Origin: Thermoprotei archaeon
GTDB lineage: Archaea; Thermoproteota; Thermoprotei; QMSL01; B3-G16
Length of the DNA stretch: 64,000 bases
Reading direction: 5' to 3'
NCBI GenBank assembly: GCA_021162845.1
Contig: JAGGXX010000007.1
Coordinates: forward strand, 11,361-75,360
Each line of letters opens with the position of its first letter. The stretch's first letter is position 1. The position numbers were made by a program, and so were the translations under genes. Positions 9,540 through 18,607 of the stretch are shown here, in pieces. The notes beneath the pieces were generated by a model. The model searched no databases. It saw nothing but the letters and a program-made list of their open reading frames with translations, and had not been told where the DNA came from.

Positions 9540-10675
9540 AGATAGCCCTTGGAGGTCGCCTTTAATAGCTTATCTATCGCCTTAAGTCCTATTCCCGTGA
9601 GGGGCATGTAGACCTCTTCCCCTTTTTCTATAACCCCTTCATTCAATCCCCTCCTTAAGGCTGCTAGTACAGTCGCTGATGTAGGCTCTACGAAGAGGCC
9701 CATCCTAGCTAACTCCTTAAAGGCCATGAGTATTTCCTTGTTGTTAACTATTATCACATCGCCTTTAGTCTCCCTTATGGCCTTCACTACTTGCTCCAGC
9801 CTTGGGGGCTTAGGTACTGCTATGCCATCCGCGAGTATGAGCTCCGGTACGGGTCGCCCGTACTCGCCATACATAGCATCGTAGACCGGAGTAAAGCCCT
9901 CCGCTTGAACTGCCATGAGCCGGGGCATCCGATCCACTAACCCTAACCCCAGCATCTCCTTAAACCCCTTGAACATCCCTAGGAATAGGCCACCACTGCC
10001 CACGGGTATGAGGACGAGGTCCGGTGTCCCTCCCCTCTGTTCGACGTACTCGTAGGCTACAGTCTTGAGTCCTTCTAAGAAGAAGGGGTTCCATGTATGA
10101 CCAGCGTAATAGGCTTTTTCAGCTTCCTTCATCGCGGCGACACCGACCTGAGCCCTCGAACCCTTAACAGGTACGAGCTCGGCTCCATATGACGCTATCT
10201 GTAGCTTCTTCCCCTCTGGGGCATCAGCTGGAACAAAGACCTTACATTTTATCCCAGCCACTGCGGAGTACGCGGCCATGGCTGCGCCAGCGTTCCCCGA
10301 TGAGTCCTCTACTATTTCCTTCACCCCTATCCCCAGGAGGTGAGTCACTAGGACACTTGCCCCTCGATCCTTAAAGGAGCCCGTTGGATTAAGGTAATCC
10401 AATTTTAAGGTGACGTGTACCCCATCTACTTCCCTGACTATCACTGGTGTGTACCCCTCTCCGAGGGTGACTATCCTCGCCTTAGGGGGTATGGGCAAGA
10501 GTTCCCTATACCTCCACATGCTCGCTTCACGCCCTTTTAATAGCCTGAAATCAACCTCTAGATCCTTAAGTTCAAGGATCACATCAAGCGGCTTCCCACA
10601 TTCACATCTCCATATCCTTGAACTGAGGTCGTAGCTCCTACCGCAATATACACACCTCAACTTAAATCGAGTCAT
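9536..10675 (-). CDS. thrC: threonine synthase (PLP-dependent) with N-terminal zinc ribbon
   Basis: SFKDRG PLP-lysine motif; N-terminal CVYCGR...CECG ribbon. Length and order match archaeal ThrC. Confidence 0.85.
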   Translation of the reverse strand: MTRFKLRCVYCGRSYDLSSRIWRCECGKPLDVILELKDLEVDFRLLKGREASMWRYRELLPIPPKARIVTLGEGYTPVIVREVDGVHVTLKLDYLNPTGSFKDRGASVLVTHLLGIGVKEIVEDSSGNAGAAMAAYSAVAGIKCKVFVPADAPEGKKLQIASYGAELVPVKGSRAQVGVAAMKEAEKAYYAGHTWNPFFLEGLKTVAYEYVEQRGGTPDLVLIPVGSGGLFLGMFKGFKEMLGLGLVDRMPRLMAVQAEGFTPVYDAMYGEYGRPVPELILADGIAVPKPPRLEQVVKAIRETKGDVIIVNNKEILMAFKELARMGLFVEPTSATVLAALRRGLNEGVIEKGEEVYMPLTGIGLKAIDKLLKATSKGYL

Positions 10676-10751
10676 GTGATACCCCTAGCTATGTGTGATT
10701 TGAAGCCTTTTATACTATGATCCGATAGTGGAGTCCATCAGGTGAAGCGGT

Positions 10752-11852
10752 TTGGAGGAAAGGCCTAGGGCAAGGGATATAGGCCTAATCATAGGGAGCT
10801 TAAGGCCTGGTCCGCTTAATGCCATCACGGATGTGGAGGGAGTCAAAGTAGGGCACGTATCCCTCATAAAGGGCTCGGGTGAGCTCGTGCCAGGTAAAGG
10901 CCCCGTGAGGACTGGCATTACGGTGATATTACCCCATCCTGGTAACCTCTTCAAGGAAAAGGTGCGCGCCGCTTGTTATGTGATAAACGGTTTCGGTAAG
11001 CCTATAGGCCTAGCACAGGTAAGCGAGTTAGGCCTAATAGAGACCCCCATAGCCCTCACTAATACGCTAAACGTGGGCATCGTAGCAGATGCCCTGATAG
11101 AGTACATGCTGAATCTAAATGAGGACATAGGAGTTACAACTGGTACCGTGAACCCGGTCGTTCTCGAATGTAATGATGGTTTCCTGAACGATATCCGTGG
11201 CCGTCATGTCAAGCATGAACACGTGTTTGAGGCCCTATCCAAAGCTAAGGGAGGATCGGTGGAGGAGGGATGCGTAGGCGCTGGCACTGGCATGTCGGCG
11301 TTCGAGTTCAAGGGAGGTATAGGCACGGCCTCTAGGCGCATCCCAGCTAAACTCGGTGGCTTTACGGTCGGAGTGCTTGTACTGACTAATTTCGGCAAGA
11401 GGGAGGACTTGCTTATAATGGGTGTACCAGTGGGTAGGGAGCTCAGGGATTACGGAAGATCCTCTACGAATATGGAGGGCTCGATAGTCGTCATAATAGC
11501 GACCGATGCCCCCTTGACTAGTAGGCAACTGAGTCGTCTCTGCAAGCGAGCCACACATGGCATAGCTAGGACAGGTGGCATGTCATCTCATGGTAGTGGA
11601 GATTTCGTAATAGCCTTTACAACGAAGAACAAAGTCCCCCATTACTGTGCTCCCATGTTGCACGATATCAAGGTTTTGAGGGAGGAGGTTCTCTCATCCC
11701 TCTTCCGGGCTGTCATAGAGGCCGTTGAGGAGGCTATAATAAACTCCCTATTAAGAGCTACGACCATGGTCGGACGGGACGGACACGTGAGGCATGCGAT
11801 CCCGATAGATCGCTTAATCGAGATCATGAAGCGCTACAGGAGGATCAGCTAG
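10752..11852 (+). CDS. DmpA/S58-family aminopeptidase (ArgJ-like fold)
   Basis: RDIGLIIGSLRPGPLNAITDVEGVKVGH N-terminal signature. TTG start. Confidence 0.7.
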   Translation: MEERPRARDIGLIIGSLRPGPLNAITDVEGVKVGHVSLIKGSGELVPGKGPVRTGITVILPHPGNLFKEKVRAACYVINGFGKPIGLAQVSELGLIETPIALTNTLNVGIVADALIEYMLNLNEDIGVTTGTVNPVVLECNDGFLNDIRGRHVKHEHVFEALSKAKGGSVEEGCVGAGTGMSAFEFKGGIGTASRRIPAKLGGFTVGVLVLTNFGKREDLLIMGVPVGRELRDYGRSSTNMEGSIVVIIATDAPLTSRQLSRLCKRATHGIARTGGMSSHGSGDFVIAFTTKNKVPHYCAPMLHDIKVLREEVLSSLFRAVIEAVEEAIINSLLRATTMVGRDGHVRHAIPIDRLIEIMKRYRRIS

Positions 11853-11870
11853 GGATCAGCCTTATATCAT

Positions 11871-13028
11871 GTGATCCTAAATACGAGGATAGAAGGGATA
11901 TGCCTCATGAAGAGGGGCATCATAAACCCCGAGCTAAAGCTTAACGCTAGAGAGCGCTTCTTACGGATTTTCAACTTCGAAGAAGTAGACCATGTGCCTG
12001 ATGTCGAGTTCGGCTATTGGAAGGACACGCTCAGGCGGTGGCATGAAGAAGGGCTACCAAGATGGGTTAACGACAACGACGTAGCGGACGTCTATTTCGG
12101 CTTTGAGGCCTGGTATAGCCATAAAGTTCCCATTCATATCCCGTTCAAGGAGTTCGAGGTCGAGGTATTATGGGAGGATGACAGGAGGATCGTGGTGAGG
12201 GAAGCCAATGGCATAGTATGCATGAAGTTTAAGGAAGGAGAGGGGACATCCATACCTAAATACATAGAATTCCCCGTTAAGGACTGGGAGACGTGGGAGG
12301 AGTATAAGGAAAGGTTCGACCTGGATGGCATACGATATCCTGCGAACTGGGATGAGCTTAAAGAGGAGTATAAGCTAAGGGATTATCCGTTAGGTGTGGA
12401 CGCAGGGGGCTTCTTTGGATGGGCTAGAAACCTCATGGGGTTGGAGAGGCTATTGATGACCTTCTATAGGGACCCGGATCTGATACGCGACATGTTTGAA
12501 TTCAGAACGCGAATGATGCTTAAGGCAATAGAGAAGGCAGTAAGGGAAGTGAAACTGGACTATGCTAGCTGGTGGGAGGACATGTGCTATAGAAGCGGGC
12601 CGATGCTCTCGCCAAGGCTCTTCAGGGAATTCATGGTGCCATACTATAAGCGCATAACCTCCTTCCTAAGGGATCACGGAGTACGGATCAACATAGTCGA
12701 TAGCGATGGTAACATAAACGAGTTGGTCCCATTATGGCTTGAGGCTGGCATCAACTGCTTCTTCCCGCTCGAGCGGAGAGCAGGCGTAGATCCCATAGCC
12801 TTACGGGAGAAATACGGTAGAGAAGCCCTCCTAATGGGAGGCGTAGATAAGTTCGCCCTCATATATGGGAGAAAGGCGATCGACGAAGAGTTGGAGAGGT
12901 TGAGGCCGCTCATAGAGGAAGGCGGCTACATACCACATGTAGATCACAGAGTCCCCCCAGACGTCCCCTTGAAGAACTATCTGTACTACCTCAAGGTGAA
13001 GCGCAGGATAATAGGCCTATCCACTTAG
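11871..13028 (+). CDS. uroporphyrinogen-decarboxylase (URO-D)-like family protein
   Basis: Overall URO-D/MtaA-like TIM-barrel pattern. The real start may be the internal Met at 11907. Confidence 0.55.
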   Translation: MILNTRIEGICLMKRGIINPELKLNARERFLRIFNFEEVDHVPDVEFGYWKDTLRRWHEEGLPRWVNDNDVADVYFGFEAWYSHKVPIHIPFKEFEVEVLWEDDRRIVVREANGIVCMKFKEGEGTSIPKYIEFPVKDWETWEEYKERFDLDGIRYPANWDELKEEYKLRDYPLGVDAGGFFGWARNLMGLERLLMTFYRDPDLIRDMFEFRTRMMLKAIEKAVREVKLDYASWWEDMCYRSGPMLSPRLFREFMVPYYKRITSFLRDHGVRINIVDSDGNINELVPLWLEAGINCFFPLERRAGVDPIALREKYGREALLMGGVDKFALIYGRKAIDEELERLRPLIEEGGYIPHVDHRVPPDVPLKNYLYYLKVKRRIIGLST

Positions 13029-13032
13029 CGAT

Positions 13033-13048
13033 CGAAAAGCTTATATTT
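13033..13048 (+). promoter_or_regulatory. BRE/TATA candidate (cgaaaagc ttatattt) about 34 bp upstream of the SBP start
   Basis: A/T-rich TATA-like octamer preceded by a purine-rich BRE-like stretch. Confidence 0.35.
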
Positions 13049-13078
13049 AAATGTCCTTTTATCCCTAACCCCGAAGAG

Positions 13079-14026
13079 GTGACTCTGATTGCGAAAACCG
13101 TTTGGCTACTAATTTTGGTGGCATTGATTGTCGGAGTCGCCATAGGGTATGGGATCAGCATTCCTGAGAAACAGGCCTTACAAAGCAAGCTTCAGGGGTT
13201 GGAACAAGCTTCTAAACAGGTCTCCCAGATACAGAGTGAACTACAGAAGCTCTCGCAAGAGAACGAGCAGCTTAAGAAACAGGTTAGTGAGCTCCAGAAG
13301 AAGTTAAACCCCAATTATGTGGAGAATATAAAGGCCAGGGGCAAGCTGATAGTCGGTACGAGCGCTGACTGGCCACCTTTCGAATACGTCAATGAGAAAG
13401 GGCAGATAGTCGGCATAGATATTGAGATAGCCAAGAGGATAGCTAAGGAATTAGACGTGGAACTCGAGATAAAGGACATGAAGTTCGCTGCGTTAATAGA
13501 GGCCCTTAAGAACGGGCTCATAGACATGATATTGGCCGATATGACGCCTACTCCCGAAAGGGAGCAGGTGGTCGACTTCTCAATACCTTACTACTTCTCC
13601 AAGGGCAATGCCCTAATCACGTTAAAAGGCAAGGAAGTGAAGTCCGTAGATGAGCTGAAGGGCAAGAAGGTAGGGGTACAACTCGGGACGATACAGGAGG
13701 AATGGGCTAAGGAAAACCTAAAGGATATAGCCGAGGTCGTATCGTATGACAAGGTCTATCCAGACATGGTTATGGTTCTAAAACGCGGTGATGTGGACGC
13801 CATTATAGTAGGCGACAAGATAGGTAATGTCTTAGTCAAGAGGGATCCTGACCTAACCATAGCCATGTACGTTGGAGGTGAACAAGTAGGCGGTGCGGTG
13901 GCCATACCTCAAGGGGCCGAGGATCTGAAGTTCGTCGTTAACAAGGTCATAGACGAACTCATGACCAGCGGAGAGCTTAAGAAGATATTCGACAACGAGA
14001 TTGCCGAATGGTTAGGGATAAGTTAG
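13079..14026 (+). CDS. amino-acid ABC transporter substrate-binding protein (family 3 SBP), N-terminal TM anchor plus coiled-coil stalk
   Basis: GTSADWPPFEY..., DMILADMTPTPER SBP_bac_3 pattern. N-terminal hydrophobic helix, then the Q/L/K heptad-like stretch QALQSKLQGLEQASKQVSQIQSELQKLSQENEQLKKQVSELQKKL. GTG start. Confidence 0.8.
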   Translation: MTLIAKTVWLLILVALIVGVAIGYGISIPEKQALQSKLQGLEQASKQVSQIQSELQKLSQENEQLKKQVSELQKKLNPNYVENIKARGKLIVGTSADWPPFEYVNEKGQIVGIDIEIAKRIAKELDVELEIKDMKFAALIEALKNGLIDMILADMTPTPEREQVVDFSIPYYFSKGNALITLKGKEVKSVDELKGKKVGVQLGTIQEEWAKENLKDIAEVVSYDKVYPDMVMVLKRGDVDAIIVGDKIGNVLVKRDPDLTIAMYVGGEQVGGAVAIPQGAEDLKFVVNKVIDELMTSGELKKIFDNEIAEWLGIS

Positions 14027-14040
14027 GAAAGGTGCTGATA

Positions 14041-14718
14041 ATGAACAGAGATCCTCTCTTTTTTATAATAAACCTCATCCCTTATCTAGCTGAAGGTCTC
14101 CTGGTAACCCTTCAGGTTAGCGTATTATCCTTCTGTTTCGGTTTAGGTTTGGCAGCTCTTCTCACCTTGATGCGAGTCTTTGGTAGTGCTCCTCTAAGGT
14201 GGATCTCTAGGACGTATGTGGAAGCCTTCAGAGGAACCCCTACGCTAGTACAGCTCCTCCTGATATACTTTGGCCTTCCCTCAGTCGGCGTGAAGTTCGA
14301 CCCCTTGACCGCAGCGATCATAGCTCTGAGCCTGAATAGCGCGGCTTATCAGGCCGAGATCCTAAGATCCGCGATAAAGGCAATCCCGGAGACCCAGTAC
14401 CTATCAGCCGAGTCCCTCGGCATGAGCACGTTTCAGATATACCGGCATGTGATATTGCCCCAAGCCTTAAGGACGGCGATCCCAGCCTTAGTGAACGAAA
14501 TAGTAACGCTGGTAAAGGAGAGCTCGCTAGCCTCTGTGATAGGCGTCGTGGAGCTGACTAGGCGGGGCGAATACATGGTAGCTTATACCTTCCGAGCCCT
14601 TGAGGTTTACATAGCCGTAGCCTTAGTCTACCTTGTAGTCTGTCTTGCTATGTCGCAATTATCGAAGGTAATTGAGGCTAAATTCAGGATACCGGGATAT
14701 GAAAGGGGGAGGATCTGA
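14041..14718 (+). CDS. amino-acid ABC transporter permease
   Basis: Polytopic protein with the EAA-like loop of His/Gln/Glu-type permeases. Start moved to ATG 14041, after the SBP stop. Confidence 0.8.
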   Translation: MNRDPLFFIINLIPYLAEGLLVTLQVSVLSFCFGLGLAALLTLMRVFGSAPLRWISRTYVEAFRGTPTLVQLLLIYFGLPSVGVKFDPLTAAIIALSLNSAAYQAEILRSAIKAIPETQYLSAESLGMSTFQIYRHVILPQALRTAIPALVNEIVTLVKESSLASVIGVVELTRRGEYMVAYTFRALEVYIAVALVYLVVCLAMSQLSKVIEAKFRIPGYERGRI

Positions 14719-15479
14719 TGAAGGATGTGTTATTGGTTAAAGATCTATACGTAGGATATGGCGATCAAGAGGTAATACGAGGCATATCCCTCAGGATCAC
14801 CGAAGGGGAAAGAGTCGTCATAATGGGGCCGAGTGGATCCGGGAAGTCAACATTGCTCAAATCCATAGTGAGATTAGTGGAGCCATGGAAAGGCGAAGTA
14901 TACATCAATGGGGTTAACGTACTAAGCGATGAGGTCGATATAAGGAAGATACGACAGATGGTCGGCTTCGTATTCCAGAGCTATAACCTCTTTCCCCACA
15001 TGACCGTATTGAGGAACGTCATGTTGCCCCTAGAGGTAGTCAAGGGGCTACCCAAGGATGAAGCGCTTAAGAAAGCCATAGGGGTTCTAAGGCTTGTAGG
15101 CATGGAAGAGTACAAGGATCGCTATCCCCTACAGTTAAGCGGTGGACAACAGCAGAGAGTCGCCATCGCCAGGGCCTTAGTAATGGATCCTATACTCCTC
15201 CTTCTTGACGAACCTACCTCCGCCCTAGACCCTGAGCTAAGAGAGGAGGTATTGGATGTACTCAGGAATATAGCGGGAAGAGGAATATCCATGCTCATAG
15301 TAACCCACGAACTTGATTTCGCCGAGGACGTAGCAGACCGAATAGTATTCATGGATAACGGTTTCGTCATAGAGGAAGGCCCTCCTCAGGAGCTACTTTA
15401 CAAGCCCAAGATCGATAGAACGCGTAGGTTCCTGAGAACCATAGCGAGGCGCCTCTACGCAGTCAATCGATATCGATAG
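14718..15479 (+). CDS. amino-acid ABC transporter ATP-binding protein
   Basis: Walker A GPSGSGKST, signature LSGGQQQRVAIARAL, Walker B LLLDEPTSALD. Confidence 0.85.
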   Translation: MKDVLLVKDLYVGYGDQEVIRGISLRITEGERVVIMGPSGSGKSTLLKSIVRLVEPWKGEVYINGVNVLSDEVDIRKIRQMVGFVFQSYNLFPHMTVLRNVMLPLEVVKGLPKDEALKKAIGVLRLVGMEEYKDRYPLQLSGGQQQRVAIARALVMDPILLLLDEPTSALDPELREEVLDVLRNIAGRGISMLIVTHELDFAEDVADRIVFMDNGFVIEEGPPQELLYKPKIDRTRRFLRTIARRLYAVNRYR

Positions 15480-15486
15480 GGACGAC

Positions 15487-15880
15487 ATAACCGAGAAGCC
15501 CGACTTCAACCGCGTACCATCAGGCTATCCCCCAAGTGTAAGACCATCTCTAGATTCGCATTCCACTTCCTCGTGATCAGCCTAACCAACTCGTGATCCT
15601 CCCGTGTCCTCTTCTAGAGATCATAGTGAATCGGCACGGCGATTTCTGCCCTTAAATCCACGGCCGCCCTAACGACATCACATGGCGTCATGTAATAGCT
15701 CTCACCTCTCGGATTTCTACTCAAACTAATGAGCGCAACCCACACGCTATTAGCATCCCCCTAAGACCCCTGGAATATACGCTATCCCCACTATGGAATA
15801 CATCGTCCGGCAGGATATCGTGTAAGATGTTCTTGTGGTGTATAAACGTCTTCATTTAGATAGTAGAGAGGTTTACTCAT
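15487..15880 (-). pseudogene. remnant of an MBL-fold metallo-hydrolase gene (frameshifts plus an in-frame TAG)
   Basis: Reverse-strand fragments GDANSVWVALISLSRNPRGESYYMTPCDVVRAAVDLRAEIAVPIHYDL* then KRTREDHELVRLITRKWNANLEMVLHLGDSLMVRG match the C-terminal PIHY region of MBL-fold hydrolases. The upstream part is in another frame and far too short. Confidence 0.5.
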
Positions 15881-16222
15881 GATGAGAACTTAGATGAATA
15901 GGAGGTGACGGAGATCACTGCTATCTGCCATGGGCCTCTAAACCTTTACGCATGAATCCAATAAAAACCCTTATTAAGCGGTCGAGTGCGTTAACAACTC
16001 TTTTTATCTTCAGTCCTGATGGAAGATAAAAATAGACACTCTGGGAGGACCGTGCTGTCTTCATACTAACTTCTCGAGTTCCAGGAGATGCCCTTTGAGA
16101 GCATTTTTGAGCATAGCGCTGTATTTTCTGACAGTGACAATTAACTGATAAGCTTTTAAAGTCGGATTCCATTATCGTGCTTGAGAAGTCGTTGTCTCAG
16201 CTCCTCAAGCCTTTTTCTTGCC

Positions 16223-16567
16223 TTAACTACAGCTTTTCCTGAGATCCCTATACTTCCCGAGCACTTCAAGCGAAGGGAAGTTTATAGCTCCTCTTAGACA
16301 GAGATTAGCACACGTACTACACCCTACCAGGCAATTATACGGACTAGCTACAATAGGTTTCATTTGCTTGAAGTTCCAATCATAAACTACTCTACCGCAA
16401 GTCATGAAGCAGAGATCGTATTCAGTGCACTTCTCGTAATCTACCCGGGGATACCATGGGATCTCCTTCCTTAGCATCCCCCACCATTCCGTATTCGATA
16501 AATCCCTTATTATCCTGCCGAGGGCATCCTTTTCCATAACTTGGCCTTCCTCGTCCATTGAACACAC
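16223..16567 (-). CDS. Cys-rich ferredoxin-like protein (non-canonical 4Fe-4S-type spacing)
   Basis: VDYEKCTEYDLCFMTCGR and NCLVGCSTCANLC cysteine clusters. Divergently transcribed from arsR. Confidence 0.5.
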   Translation of the reverse strand: MCSMDEEGQVMEKDALGRIIRDLSNTEWWGMLRKEIPWYPRVDYEKCTEYDLCFMTCGRVVYDWNFKQMKPIVASPYNCLVGCSTCANLCLRGAINFPSLEVLGKYRDLRKSCS

Positions 16568-16649
16568 TCTATGAGGAATTTCTCATATGAAAAATTTCAT
16601 AATTAATATATAAGGGTAATAGATGAGTGATATAATCGAGGATTAGCTT

Positions 16650-17045
16650 ATGAATAAGGTCAGTTTAAGGGGAGTCATAAAGTCTCTGGATAAAGAGTCA
16701 TGCAGGGAGGAGCTGTTACAGATATACTTAAGCGATAGAGAAGATGCGTTGAAAATCGTCGATCAAAGGACTATCGACAACATCAGTAAGTTTTTCTCGG
16801 TAATTGCAAACCCACTTAGACTTAAAATCCTGCTGTTTCTCATTCAGAAACCCCTACCAGTATGCCTACTAACTAATCTGCTCAGCGTTGATCAGACTCT
16901 TGTATCTCATCACTTAAGAACGCTGAGGGAGTGCAACCTTGTGAGAGTCGAAGTTAGGGGCAGGTTCAGGTTTTACAGGTATAATGAGCACGAAGCACCT
17001 CAAGAGATAACGTTTTTATTAAGGAATCTCTTAGAGCTGGAGTGA
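16650..17045 (+). CDS. ArsR/SmtB-family metalloregulator (wHTH)
   Basis: FSVIANPLRLKILLFL...LLSVDQTLVSHHLRTLRECNLV HTH region. Confidence 0.75.
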   Translation: MNKVSLRGVIKSLDKESCREELLQIYLSDREDALKIVDQRTIDNISKFFSVIANPLRLKILLFLIQKPLPVCLLTNLLSVDQTLVSHHLRTLRECNLVRVEVRGRFRFYRYNEHEAPQEITFLLRNLLELE

Positions 17046-17511
17046 CCTTGCTGCAGATCTCAGCCCCTAGCATGTAGAATTTATCAAGCAGTTCGTCGAA
17101 TCTTATAGATTCATAAGCTATGTATAATACTTTTAACAGATCTATTATCATAGCATTCCTACAACGGTTACCAGCAGTCTCTTAGGAGAAGAGGTTTTGA
17201 TGTACAGAGCATCATACCAGAACGTGGGGCATCAGAAGATCCCCTAGCTCCTTCGGGCCTTTAGGGGGGTGCAAGATAAGCCCGTTTCTTAGCTTAATTG
17301 GCCTGTACTAATTCTCGAGTATCGTCATGGATGTCCTTTCTATTGTTGGGTATCGTCGCCTCTTCCTCAAATATCCCGCTGAATCTTTTAGATACCTTTT
17401 ATTCCTTTTATTCATAGATGAAACTTCATCACAAAATTCTTTGTTTTAGTTCCTGATCGCTGACTTTTTTGATAAAGGGATTGTACTTTATTCTGAAGTG
17501 CTAGGCTCTCA

Positions 17512-18498
17512 TCATGGAATAAGTCTTTTAATTATCTTCTCGGCATGTAAATACGCTATAGCTAGCACCGGCTGAACAGCGGGAATTAACGCAGGGGCTA
17601 ACGCCACCGCAGGGCCGAAGCCACAGGCAGCCATGGCTGCTGCAACGCTCTGATTCTTTGTTATCGTGAGGAACATAATAGCTTGGTGCTCCCTGTACCT
17701 GATTTTAAGGAATCTGTTGATCATCAAGCCTATGAGCACTGTGATAAGAACTACGGCGGAGTATGCCCCCACAATCTCTAACGTATTATGAGGCCTCCTA
17801 ACGATCAATACAGCTTTCCTTGAGATTAAAATGAAGATGAGGGTGAGCATCATCAGCACCGTGGTGGCTGAGAGATAAGGTTTAAGCTCTCCACTTATAA
17901 ACGAGGCTCCCCTTCTCCTGATCAGGTAGCGTCGTACCAACTGACCTACGAGCAATGGTACAGCCAACACGGCTAACACAGGCTTCACGAACTCCACTAC
18001 CGGCACGCTTAAAGTCATCATAGAGGCATATACGTAGAGGTAGGCCGGGATCAAGACAATACCTAGGACAACTAGCACGAAGACGTTGGCTGTCGCGAGC
18101 TCTAGATTCCCCTCAGCTAACATTACGTAGCCAAGGGACGCCGCTGAGGCTGGAGCGGTGTTGGACACTAGGAAGCCTAGCTTGATGTCCGGGCTCGATA
18201 TCAAGGCTGATAGGAGGTAAGCCAGTAGGGGGGATAGAGCGTAGGCGTATAGGATTACCATGAGAACGGGCTTAAGTTGCTTCAAAGCGGATCCTAGCTT
18301 CTCCCCCTGGAGGAGGATCATCGAGGGGAATATGGTTGCCGCTGCAAGTACCATCACAGAGTTCTTGAAGATGCCTGAAGGAATCTTGGTGACTGCCGGG
18401 ACTGACAAGCCCACCACCACAGCGACTAGGGCAGTCACTATAGTACATAGTAGCATATACCTCCTGAGGCCCCCAGCCAGCTTCTTAGCGAGGCTCAT
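17512..18498 (-). CDS. BASS/ACR3-like membrane transporter (bile acid:Na+ symporter fold)
   Basis: About 10 predicted TM helices and 328 aa. Divergent from the TetR gene and convergent with arsR. Start taken at the internal Met MSLAKKL. Confidence 0.55.
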   Translation of the reverse strand: MSLAKKLAGGLRRYMLLCTIVTALVAVVVGLSVPAVTKIPSGIFKNSVMVLAAATIFPSMILLQGEKLGSALKQLKPVLMVILYAYALSPLLAYLLSALISSPDIKLGFLVSNTAPASAASLGYVMLAEGNLELATANVFVLVVLGIVLIPAYLYVYASMMTLSVPVVEFVKPVLAVLAVPLLVGQLVRRYLIRRRGASFISGELKPYLSATTVLMMLTLIFILISRKAVLIVRRPHNTLEIVGAYSAVVLITVLIGLMINRFLKIRYREHQAIMFLTITKNQSVAAAMAACGFGPAVALAPALIPAVQPVLAIAYLHAEKIIKRLIP

Positions 18499-18541
18499 AG
18501 TCACACCACTTAGAGATCTGGACACTAGGCTATAAAATTTA

Positions 18542-18571
18542 CTGACCAGTCAGATTGACCATATAGTCAGG
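18542..18571 (+). promoter_or_regulatory. candidate TetR operator: repeated TGAC..GTCA palindromic half-sites (cTGACcaGTCAgatTGACcatataGTCAgg) just upstream of a TATA-like tttaaatt
   Basis: Seen in the sequence of the TetR/transporter divergent intergenic region. The TATA-like element at 18576-18583 lies about 27 bp before the TetR ATG. Confidence 0.3.
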
Positions 18572-18607
18572 AAGATTTAAATTCATTTAGATTCAAGGTG
18601 TAATCGA

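Noticed and set aside
15921-16172. 83-aa ORF on the minus strand between the MBL pseudogene and the Cys-rich gene.
   Set aside because: No motif, an odd composition, and it sits in a region that otherwise looks degraded. Kept out of the features as probably spurious.
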